Source: a virus
Taxonomy: Duplodnaviria; Caudoviricetes
Direction: 5' to 3' (one strand)
DNA: 64,000 bases
IMG/VR virus record: IMGVR_UViG_3300014204_000120
Coordinates: 1-64,000 of that record
In this document: in pieces, positions 40,433-48,995 of the stretch
Layout of the letters: every line of letters starts with the position of its first letter
Position numbering within the stretch: position 1 is the first letter of the stretch
Program-made: the position numbers and the translations under genes
The notes under the pieces: model-generated
Databases searched by the model: none
The model's input: the letters and a program-made list of their open reading frames with translations, nothing else
Told to the model about the DNA's origin: nothing

Positions 40433-40945
40433 TTATCTAGTCAGAACTATTTTATGATTATGTGTGATATTTTTGATAGCTCTACCACGTAAATCAAATG
40501 TATAACTAGTATTACTGAAACGGTTTATACGAACATTTTTATGTGATGGGATTATTGAACTAGACTGAAGACCTGAAAATTTTTCCCAGTTATCAAAATT
40601 TTCTGGTAGACTATCGACAATTTCAAGTAAAAAATTAGTTATAATATATCCATCTTTGTTAATCCAGATTTGACTGCTGGTGAAGTCAATAGCAAATGCA
40701 TTACACCAAAGACTATTAGTCAATGTCTGACCACTAATTATAGTTGCATCATTATTTTTAATTAGTGGTTTACTGTGGGGATAGTATTCATACCGGCAAG
40801 GATTTGGGAACGGGCAGACCTGAACTGAGTCATGCCAGTTTACATAACCGAGTTGTTTATCGCCAAAATTCATACACCAAGTCGTATCAGCTGCGAAACT
40901 GATACCAATGAACAGAAGCACGGTTGATACAATTTTCTTGAACAT
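40433..40945 (-). CDS. Secreted protein with signal peptide and basic C-terminal FDLRGR tail
   Basis: MFKKIVSTVLLFIGISFA|A signal peptide; AAAGGA RBS; has its own promoter. Confidence 0.7.
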   Translation of the reverse strand: MFKKIVSTVLLFIGISFAADTTWCMNFGDKQLGYVNWHDSVQVCPFPNPCRYEYYPHSKPLIKNNDATIISGQTLTNSLWCNAFAIDFTSSQIWINKDGYIITNFLLEIVDSLPENFDNWEKFSGLQSSSIIPSHKNVRINRFSNTSYTFDLRGRAIKNITHNHKIVLTR

Positions 40946-40986
40946 TGACTAATCCTTTCTTTAGGTTAATTTCCAATCGCAACCAT

Positions 40987-41015
40987 AATATACATCAGTT
41001 CAATGGATTTGTCAA
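40987..41015 (-). promoter_or_regulatory. sigma70-type promoter for the secreted-protein gene
   Basis: Minus strand TTGACA-17 nt-TATATT. Confidence 0.7.
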
Positions 41016-41041
41016 GGTCAAAAATCAGAAAAAATCAATTG

Positions 41042-41375
41042 CAGTCCGTCCGCGCACGTGTGGAGTTTACCTCAGTTGAATCAAATAAAACTTCAGTCGT
41101 TGCAGTCCGTCCGCGCACGTGTGGAGTTTACTGTTTTATGTCTAGTACCCAAATTGCCAGATACAGTCCGTCCGCGCATGTGTGGAGTTTACGACAATAG
41201 AGCTGATGGTGTGTTGGAAAAAGACAGTCCGTCCGCGCATGTGTGGAGTTTACAAATTAACTTGTCATATTAAAAACAATAAAGGCAGTCCGTCCGCGCA
41301 TGTGTGGAGTTTACCAAAATCATAATAACTATTGAATTGGTCAAACCAGTCCGTCCGCGCATGTGTGGAGTTTAC
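41042..41375. CRISPR. CRISPR array: 6 repeats of 29 bp, 5 spacers of 32 bp
   Basis: Repeat CAGTCCGTCCGCGCA(T/C)GTGTGGAGTTTAC at 41042, 41103, 41164, 41225, 41286, 41347; exact 61-bp period; unique spacers. Confidence 0.97.
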
Positions 41376-41605
41376 ACCAACCAGTTGTGGCGGAGTTTTA
41401 AAAATTCCACTATGTGTTGTATTTAAAGATATTTAAATAAAACGGTGCGGGTTAGTGAGTGGTATAATTAACCAATCAAATTAAGATTTGGTGAAGCTAA
41501 AATTATCCCTCACCTTTTGGCTAAGGACCTTAGCCAAGGCAATTAAATTAATAATTACCTATTCAAATATTTTATTAAAATGTCAAAGAACAATATATCA
41601 TCTAT
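41376..41605 (-). ncRNA. Putative tracrRNA/leader RNA between the cas12f-like gene and the array
   Basis: Own TGTTATATT extended -10 (41610-41618), hairpins TTGGCTAAG/CTTAGCCAA and GGTGAGG/CTTCACC, partial repeat similarity at 41387-41410. Confidence 0.55.
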
Positions 41606-41627
41606 TAATAATATAACATCTTCTTTT

Positions 41628-42917
41628 TTATAAATCAATGTTTGTTGAATTTGCAATATTAATAGCAGCATTTAAATCAGCGTTAATTTCATTGTTACAG
41701 TGTTTACATATAAACTTATCTTGAGAAAGACGATTATCTTTATCCACATATCCGCATTTAGAGCATGTTTGACTGGTATAAGCCGCTTTGATTGTAACAA
41801 CTTTTACGCCTTCTTTTTCAGCTTTATAAGTTATCATGCTTTGTAGTTGATAATATGGCCAGTGCATGAGAAGCATTGGTTTATTTTTAGAGATACCTGA
41901 TAGATTTTCAATTTTAATAATACCAGCATTGTTTTTGATTGCATAATTAATGATTTGTTTGCTAATGAAGTGATTATAACTGGTATGGAAATTAGATATA
42001 TTATTTCTTAGTCTATTTAGATTTTTCAGTTTCTTTTTTCTACCATGCCCTCCGCCAGCTCTGGCTATGCTTTTTTGTAATGATTTTCTGCGGTTATATA
42101 ATTGTATAGATGTTTTAATGTAATCTTCTTTGTTTCCAATAAAAATAGGATTTTCAGAGTTTTGTAAAGCACAAACGGCAGGATTAACCATACCTAAATC
42201 TACACCAACAACAATGTTTGAATCTAAATTATGTTCTTTAATTTTTTCAGATATAACTAGATTAAAAAATAAATCATTGTCTTTGAGTTGAATAGTAGAT
42301 GCACATGTTTTAATTTGAGAAATGTCATTAATATTTTCGTTTTCAATAATTTTATCAACAGTGTGTTTAATATTGGCAGGATCTTTACCAAATAATATAC
42401 CAAATTTTATAATTTCACCTTTTTTTATGTGCCAATTAAAATAATACTTATCATTTGTTTTTTCTAATTTAATAGATATTTGCGTTACTGGTAATGGCAT
42501 ATTTGCTTTAAATGAAGTTATTGATTTTTTTCCAATTTTAATTTCTCTAAAGTCACTTTTATATTTTTTATATACTGATGTTTTTAGTGTATTGGTTATA
42601 CTGGGTGGTAAATTAGGATACTTAGCTTTGACGTCGTGTTCGAATTGGGCTTCATCTTTAATACCAAAATGTTCAAAGAATTTTTCGCGTATTTTATTAA
42701 CTTCGTCTTTATCTTTTATATCAACATCATGTCGTGCTAATAATCGCTCCATCCATTGTTCATTAAATATAATTCCACCAATTATATAATTAGCAGCTCT
42801 AAACGAGTCATTAAATAATTGATATAATCGTTTCCATTGGGCATCCTTTTCCTCTTTAGAATCAGTTGCAACAAACAGTTTTAGTTTTAATACTCTGGTA
42901 TGCATTCCTTCAGTCAT
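41628..42917 (-). CDS. cas12f: Compact Cas12f-like (TnpB-derived type V) nuclease, about 429 aa
   Basis: VGVDLG (RuvC-I D), IKIENL (RuvC-II E), CSKCG..CKHC zinc finger, NADLNAAINIA (RuvC-III D); KKYKS..REI..G..SI.SFK...PL resembles Cas12f1 proteins as I recall them; ATG 42917 after GAAAGGA; adjacent array. Confidence 0.8.
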   Translation of the reverse strand: MTEGMHTRVLKLKLFVATDSKEEKDAQWKRLYQLFNDSFRAANYIIGGIIFNEQWMERLLARHDVDIKDKDEVNKIREKFFEHFGIKDEAQFEHDVKAKYPNLPPSITNTLKTSVYKKYKSDFREIKIGKKSITSFKANMPLPVTQISIKLEKTNDKYYFNWHIKKGEIIKFGILFGKDPANIKHTVDKIIENENINDISQIKTCASTIQLKDNDLFFNLVISEKIKEHNLDSNIVVGVDLGMVNPAVCALQNSENPIFIGNKEDYIKTSIQLYNRRKSLQKSIARAGGGHGRKKKLKNLNRLRNNISNFHTSYNHFISKQIINYAIKNNAGIIKIENLSGISKNKPMLLMHWPYYQLQSMITYKAEKEGVKVVTIKAAYTSQTCSKCGYVDKDNRLSQDKFICKHCNNEINADLNAAINIANSTNIDL

Positions 42918-43117
42918 AATATATCCTTTCAATAAATGTTAATATTAATATAACATTTTCTTTTTAAGAAGTTGTTTAATATTTCAAAAATATAAATACT
43001 TAGTGAGTTTATTCAAAGATATTTTAAATAATTCTTAGTTTAAGACTTTATAGAATATAATCATATCACATTGTTAAATCCGTTATAAATACGTATATAG
43101 TTGTATAGGAGAAGTAA

Positions 43118-45493
43118 ATGTCAAAGTATTATGTAAAAATTAGTAATGCGTATGTATCAACAGGATTAGGAAGCACGTTTTCCCCGTTTACGTTTACACA
43201 GTTTGTAGACAGGTTATCATCAACTACGGTTTCTGATGAGTATTATGTTTCTGGAACGAGGATAATCAACACAGATTTATTAATGACAATTAGTGGTGCT
43301 ACATGTGTAATCAGTGCTTGGGGAGAGGATCCATATTACATTGTAGGTAATAGTGCTGATATATATTTTGCTATTGGGTCAAACAGTTTAAACATATATG
43401 ATATGATATTGGGATGCACATTATCAACAACGACTGAAGTTTTATTTGATTCGACTGAGGATGAAGCTAGGTCACAGAATTTAGTTATAGATAATTGTTA
43501 TATAAATTTAACTACGTATAATATTGGTTTTGAGGATTTTAATAGTGTAATAGTACGGAATTCTAATTTAGTTGCAGATAAAATAATAGGTCAGAACATA
43601 GTTAGTATGTCGTTTGTTAATGATATATTTGATGTTAGTGATATAGATTGTACAGAAGATAATGATGTTGATGTATTCACTTTGGATAATTGTGCGTTTA
43701 CAAGTGCTACGGCTGGATTTACAACGGATGATACAGATTGGACTAATGTACAGGAATTATGGGCAAGACCAGATGATATATTTAATGCAAGTGTTTCAGC
43801 AATTTCAGCTGATAGTTTTCATTATTTAAGTGCTGATTTTGGAACAATTACAATAAGTGGAGATACTGATTATACAAACACATGGTATAATGGAAGACGA
43901 GATGGTATAGGAAGTTTATATTTTCCAGCATTAAGTGGTGTAAGTGTTTCAGCATCGTTAGTATCAGCTGCACCAAATACAACCATTAGTTTTGTTTTGA
44001 GTGGTAATAATCCTTTTACAGTTTTTAGTGCAACGAGTGCTACATATTATTTTGATGATGAAAATACGTCCGCGGTAAATACAAATAGTACATTAGCGCA
44101 TATATATTCGGCTACAGATTATTATAATACTAGTGCTGTTATGATTTCTAAAAATAGTTGGTATACAGTTACAACACCAGTCCAAGTTATATTAGTAGGA
44201 GCATTTACAGTTATAATAAAGGTATATGATGCTTTTGGAAATGATAAGACTGGTGGAGTATTAAGACCTTTATCATATGTATCAGTTTCAGCAAGTGCTA
44301 ATGGATATGATGGTATAGATAGTTATGTATGGGATTTTGGAGATGCTACTGGTAGTGTTCCAGTTTCAGGTATAACTAATCCTGATAATACATATTATAT
44401 TGGATTAGGAATGAAGACTATATCTTTAACTGCTCATGCTGTAGAAGAAACATTCTCTGCAACAGCAAATACAACATTAGGAATATCAGCTTTAACAAGT
44501 GCTTATTATGTTAATATAACTTCAGCTTATGATGCTAATACTGGTAATATAGGAACATTAGCTGATCCATATAATTGGGATGAATTTAAAACTAGAGTTG
44601 AATCGTTTGTAAGTGCAGATTATAGTGATACATATTATTTAAGTGGAAGTAGAAAATTAACACAACCTACAACAGGTCAAAATGTATTAGCTATAAATTC
44701 GTTGAAAAATTTAACTATTGACTGTTGGGAGAATTCAGCAACGCATGGAGCTCCTTGGTTGCTTGAAATAGAAGACTGGACAACGACAAATGCTAATTCG
44801 ATATTATCGGCAGTCGGAACAACATTAAAGAATGGTATAATTTATAATAAGAGATATATTTCTCCTGGTTATGGTGGAACATTAAAGATAACTAATGTAT
44901 ATGATATGTTTATAGTTTATCAAGGTACATATGCTGGAATAGAAATAGACCCTTGGAACTTTGTATTATATTGTGGTGGTACATGTGGTGTAGTAATGCC
45001 AAGTGCGGATTCAAATATTATAGGAAGTACTTTATATTTAAGTGGAAATGGATTTACTGATAATTTTGTTGTAGGAGATTATTCAGAAATATATTTACCA
45101 GCGACTCAACAAACAGGATATAATTTAGATTTAATAGATTCTGTTTTTGTTAATTTAGATTTAGAAGATTCTAATTATTTCAGTGCTGCTGATGTATATA
45201 TTAGAAATAGTACTTTTAATAGAGCTTCTAGTGCTATTGAAGCAGATTTTGATATATCAGCTAATGATGATAGTCAGTTTGGTTGGTCTCCACCCGTTAG
45301 TTATCCGTTTACACCAAGTCATAGGTTATATGATAAAAATATAGAGTATGTGATATTAAAGAAGGGAGACTTAGTACCGTTTAGTGATATTGATATGCCG
45401 CCTAATCCGGGCTATGGAGCTTCGGCATATTCTGAATATGATACTGGCTTGTGGGGTTATGCTAGAAATCAATATAATACAAGTGCGAGTTAA
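43118..45493 (+). CDS. Virion structural protein with two beta-helix-like modules and PKD-like domains
   Basis: YYV...G.G....P(F/Y)...F module twice; SYVWDFGD PKD motif; late promoter upstream. Confidence 0.65.
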   Translation: MSKYYVKISNAYVSTGLGSTFSPFTFTQFVDRLSSTTVSDEYYVSGTRIINTDLLMTISGATCVISAWGEDPYYIVGNSADIYFAIGSNSLNIYDMILGCTLSTTTEVLFDSTEDEARSQNLVIDNCYINLTTYNIGFEDFNSVIVRNSNLVADKIIGQNIVSMSFVNDIFDVSDIDCTEDNDVDVFTLDNCAFTSATAGFTTDDTDWTNVQELWARPDDIFNASVSAISADSFHYLSADFGTITISGDTDYTNTWYNGRRDGIGSLYFPALSGVSVSASLVSAAPNTTISFVLSGNNPFTVFSATSATYYFDDENTSAVNTNSTLAHIYSATDYYNTSAVMISKNSWYTVTTPVQVILVGAFTVIIKVYDAFGNDKTGGVLRPLSYVSVSASANGYDGIDSYVWDFGDATGSVPVSGITNPDNTYYIGLGMKTISLTAHAVEETFSATANTTLGISALTSAYYVNITSAYDANTGNIGTLADPYNWDEFKTRVESFVSADYSDTYYLSGSRKLTQPTTGQNVLAINSLKNLTIDCWENSATHGAPWLLEIEDWTTTNANSILSAVGTTLKNGIIYNKRYISPGYGGTLKITNVYDMFIVYQGTYAGIEIDPWNFVLYCGGTCGVVMPSADSNIIGSTLYLSGNGFTDNFVVGDYSEIYLPATQQTGYNLDLIDSVFVNLDLEDSNYFSAADVYIRNSTFNRASSAIEADFDISANDDSQFGWSPPVSYPFTPSHRLYDKNIEYVILKKGDLVPFSDIDMPPNPGYGASAYSEYDTGLWGYARNQYNTSAS

Positions 45494-45496
45494 TAT

Positions 45497-46069
45497 ATGA
45501 ATTATTTAATGTTATGGAAAGGTAAAAATCCAACTAATAGATTAGATTATATTAAATCAGTTTTAGATAAAGTTACGGATGAAGATACTATAACAATTGT
45601 ATCAGATAACAAGTTTCTACGTAATAAGAAGATACATTGGAAAAGCATAAATACTGTAGAAGAAGATTTATATAAAGACCATCCTTATTTAAAAAGTATC
45701 ATATTACAGGCAAGTTCGGTTAGATGGTCTGATATATTAAGATTTTATTTACTAGGGCAAATAACTAATACTTTATATGTAGATACTGATATAGAGTTAA
45801 TACAGAGACCGATATTTGATGATTTAGAGCATCCATATTTAATAAAGTATAATCGTAGATATTGGGATTTGAGTATGATGTATAACGGTAATAATACTGG
45901 TTTTTTTAAGGATTTTTTAAAATTGTTAGAGCCAATAATACAAAGAAGACCTGAAAGATTAAATGAATATGTATATTTTTTTACTTATCTAAATAGGTGG
46001 ATAAGTAAGAATAAGGTAAATGAAATAGATTCTAAGATATATAATCATTATGAATTAAGAGGAAAATAA
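45497..46069 (+). CDS. Glycosyltransferase, DXD / GT32-like
   Basis: WSDILRFYLL...LYVDTDIEL motif. Confidence 0.75.
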   Translation: MNYLMLWKGKNPTNRLDYIKSVLDKVTDEDTITIVSDNKFLRNKKIHWKSINTVEEDLYKDHPYLKSIILQASSVRWSDILRFYLLGQITNTLYVDTDIELIQRPIFDDLEHPYLIKYNRRYWDLSMMYNGNNTGFFKDFLKLLEPIIQRRPERLNEYVYFFTYLNRWISKNKVNEIDSKIYNHYELRGK

Positions 46070-48985
46070 ATGGCTGATACTTTTTATGTAGATTTTGATT
46101 TAAGTACGAGTGGAAACATTGGTACTTCTGGTGATCCTTTTAACTGGGATGATATGGTTTATTGTTTGGAAAATAGTATTTCAGCTGATAGTAATTTTTA
46201 TTGTAAAGGTAGTCAAGTTGGTGGGGGTGTTGCAGTAGATAATGCTGGCGGTGAATTAGTAAAGTTATTAGGTTGGGGTGATGAAGTATGGAGATTAAGT
46301 GGCACTAATTGGAGTTTTAATATAGTTGATGCTATTTATTTTGATAATGCTATACTTTATGATGTTGGTATGAATGCTATTGGTAATATTAGTAATTGTT
46401 TTATTTTTAACGGATTATTTATTATTTTATATGATAATAGCAAGAATACTTTTGTTTTAACTAAAACATTATCTGATATCTCTGAATATGATTATGGTTG
46501 TTTAAATGCATGTGTTTATGTAGAGAATAGTGAAACATTAATAGATAATACACATGGAGGTAATAGTGCCGTTGATTGTATTACAAACAGTTTAACTTTT
46601 TCTGGGGCATTTTCAGATCATAGTGATGGTGGTGGAAACATACTAAATGCTGATATGGGATATATACCTCATTTTACTGAAACTAATTTAGAAAAGTTTA
46701 ATTTGGGATGGGGAGAATATGGTGTTGGTTTAACATGGGCAGAACCATTTTCAGGATATTATATTGATTTTAGTGAATCTACAAGCGGTCACGCAGGAAC
46801 AATATTTGATCCTTTTAATTATGATGATTTTATAGATTCACTATCAGGAACTAATAGAACTTATAAAGCTAAAGGTTCATATGAATCACCATCAAATGTT
46901 AGTATATTGATTACTTCAGCTGTTAGTATTAGCGCATGGGATGTATATAATTATGGACCTTGGAGATTAAAATCTACATATGCTGTTATTGATATTAGTA
47001 ATTCAGCATCAGATATAAACGATTGTATTTTAGCAGGAGATTATACTGGTTATATTGCTATTCCAAATTGTAATAATGTATATATTATTGATGCATGGTC
47101 TGTAGAATTGAATGGAAATGAAATGACAAATGTAGTTTTTGGTCCAGAATATATGTTTATATTTGGTAGTATAAGTAATACTAATTTTATATTTAATAAT
47201 TGTCTTTTTGCTTTATCAGGAAGACCTACTGATGGATATGGTCAACTTGTACCTAATAACGGAAGTATAGTAAATAATTCGGCAACATTCAATGATTGTT
47301 ATACAACTGAAGATGAATTATCTGGTTTATGTAGAACTGCAGACGTAACAACTATTGTTGATAATGGAATAAATTATAGTGTTTCAGCTAATAATACACC
47401 AAATCCTCCTAACTGGGAAGATATTAATTTAGCAAACTTTAATGCAATTGCTGAAAATCAAATTGTTTCGTGGGCTACTAATAGAACATTTTATTTTAAT
47501 ATTAATAATGTTTATTCAGCAACTGATGGTTCTGGATTAACAACAGATCCTTGGTCCATAGAACAGTTTCAAGAATTTATGCGTTATACATATGGTGCTA
47601 ATGGAGTAAGCGGTCAAACTTTTGTTAGAGATTATGATACTTTAAAAGTTAAAGGTTCATATGAAGCTCCTTCAGATGTGATATTTTTACCATATTGGTT
47701 AAATGATGAATATCGGTCAAGCGCTGTTACAATAGAAGCATGGGAACCAACTATTAATGGACATTGGAAGGTTAGACCTATAAACGCATTGGATGTATCA
47801 GATTTTAGCATATATGATATTAATCAAGGTAGACCTGTAAGTTTAATCATTAAAGATGGAGTAATTCAAAATTTATATGTTAAAACACATGCCGGCCCTA
47901 TATCATTAAACGACTATGCAACAACATTACCGCCTTATGGATTAGTTGATTATCAATTTAAGAATTGTATATTAAGTGGAGATACTTGGTTTGATAATAC
48001 TATTAATTCTGCTACTTCAGCAAATAATTATGATATGTTTAATGGTTGTACTTTTGTTGATGGAACTTTCTATCTTAAAGACCAAATTTATACAACTTGT
48101 GCCGGATATACTGGTATAATAGAGGATTCAACAGTTTTTGAAAAATTAGAATTTAATGATTGCGTGGCTTTGAATACATTATTTGATTTAACAGATATTT
48201 CTACTTCTGGATTATATATGCCGCCTAAAGATTTAATAACATTTAATTATTGTGAATTTTCTGGAACATCGGCACAGAGCATAGAATATAGTGCGGCATA
48301 TGATGATGTAACATTAAGTGCATGTAATTTTGAAATAACTCCTTCGGTTACTTTTCCATTATATGATGATATAACAGTAAATAATCAAGACTCATTAGAT
48401 TATAGATTATATGGTTTAACAAAAACTAAAGAAACGCGTGAAGATACATGGATAGCGGATGATTATAATGAAGGTTATATGGATTCTTCACGTAAAGCAG
48501 CCGGATCATTTTCATTTGCTCATATTAGTTATTTAGGTCATATTGGTGCATTTTATTTCGGGCCTGTTAGTGAAACGATAAATGTAGGAACTTTAGAAAT
48601 ATCAGCGGTTTTATTACAACCAACAATTTCAACAGTTAATGCAATTTCAGCAACAGTAGTTCCGACACAATTAACAGTAAGATATACTTTATTACAACCA
48701 ACAATATATGCTACACAAGATTTAGAAATTGATTTTGTAGGGGTTCCGGTTTCTGGTCCTGTTCCATTAATAGTTGAATTTACTGCATATATTAATTTTT
48801 CTGCGGAGTTAAAGAATAAATATAAGGTAAAAGAGTATAGATGGTGCTTCAACTACGACTACGATAATAATACTTGTTTAGAAGATTGGGTTATTACTAC
48901 AGCAAATCCAACGACTCATATATATAAAGGCCATGCGGGTCAAAAATTTAGTGTTAAAGCTTGTGTAACACTTGAATTATTATAA
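46070..48985 (+). CDS. Virion structural protein with three beta-helix-like modules and a C-terminal PKD-like domain
   Basis: FYVD..GTSGDPFN, YYID..GTIFDPFN, FYFN..GLTTDPWS; P.SGPVPL.V.FTA...NPTTHIY. Confidence 0.65.
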   Translation: MADTFYVDFDLSTSGNIGTSGDPFNWDDMVYCLENSISADSNFYCKGSQVGGGVAVDNAGGELVKLLGWGDEVWRLSGTNWSFNIVDAIYFDNAILYDVGMNAIGNISNCFIFNGLFIILYDNSKNTFVLTKTLSDISEYDYGCLNACVYVENSETLIDNTHGGNSAVDCITNSLTFSGAFSDHSDGGGNILNADMGYIPHFTETNLEKFNLGWGEYGVGLTWAEPFSGYYIDFSESTSGHAGTIFDPFNYDDFIDSLSGTNRTYKAKGSYESPSNVSILITSAVSISAWDVYNYGPWRLKSTYAVIDISNSASDINDCILAGDYTGYIAIPNCNNVYIIDAWSVELNGNEMTNVVFGPEYMFIFGSISNTNFIFNNCLFALSGRPTDGYGQLVPNNGSIVNNSATFNDCYTTEDELSGLCRTADVTTIVDNGINYSVSANNTPNPPNWEDINLANFNAIAENQIVSWATNRTFYFNINNVYSATDGSGLTTDPWSIEQFQEFMRYTYGANGVSGQTFVRDYDTLKVKGSYEAPSDVIFLPYWLNDEYRSSAVTIEAWEPTINGHWKVRPINALDVSDFSIYDINQGRPVSLIIKDGVIQNLYVKTHAGPISLNDYATTLPPYGLVDYQFKNCILSGDTWFDNTINSATSANNYDMFNGCTFVDGTFYLKDQIYTTCAGYTGIIEDSTVFEKLEFNDCVALNTLFDLTDISTSGLYMPPKDLITFNYCEFSGTSAQSIEYSAAYDDVTLSACNFEITPSVTFPLYDDITVNNQDSLDYRLYGLTKTKETREDTWIADDYNEGYMDSSRKAAGSFSFAHISYLGHIGAFYFGPVSETINVGTLEISAVLLQPTISTVNAISATVVPTQLTVRYTLLQPTIYATQDLEIDFVGVPVSGPVPLIVEFTAYINFSAELKNKYKVKEYRWCFNYDYDNNTCLEDWVITTANPTTHIYKGHAGQKFSVKACVTLELL

Positions 48986-48995
48986 GGAAAATGTA

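Noticed and set aside
41003-41273. Two short + strand ORFs (65 and 71 aa)
   Set aside because: They are translations of the CRISPR repeats (SVRARVEF/VRPR units)
41071-41346. Self-targeting of spacers within the window
   Set aside because: No match found by eye; a computational search is still needed
41628-42917. Nuclease-dead Cas12f/TldR-type regulator
   Set aside because: All three RuvC acidic residues appear intact and no sigma-factor partner gene is adjacent
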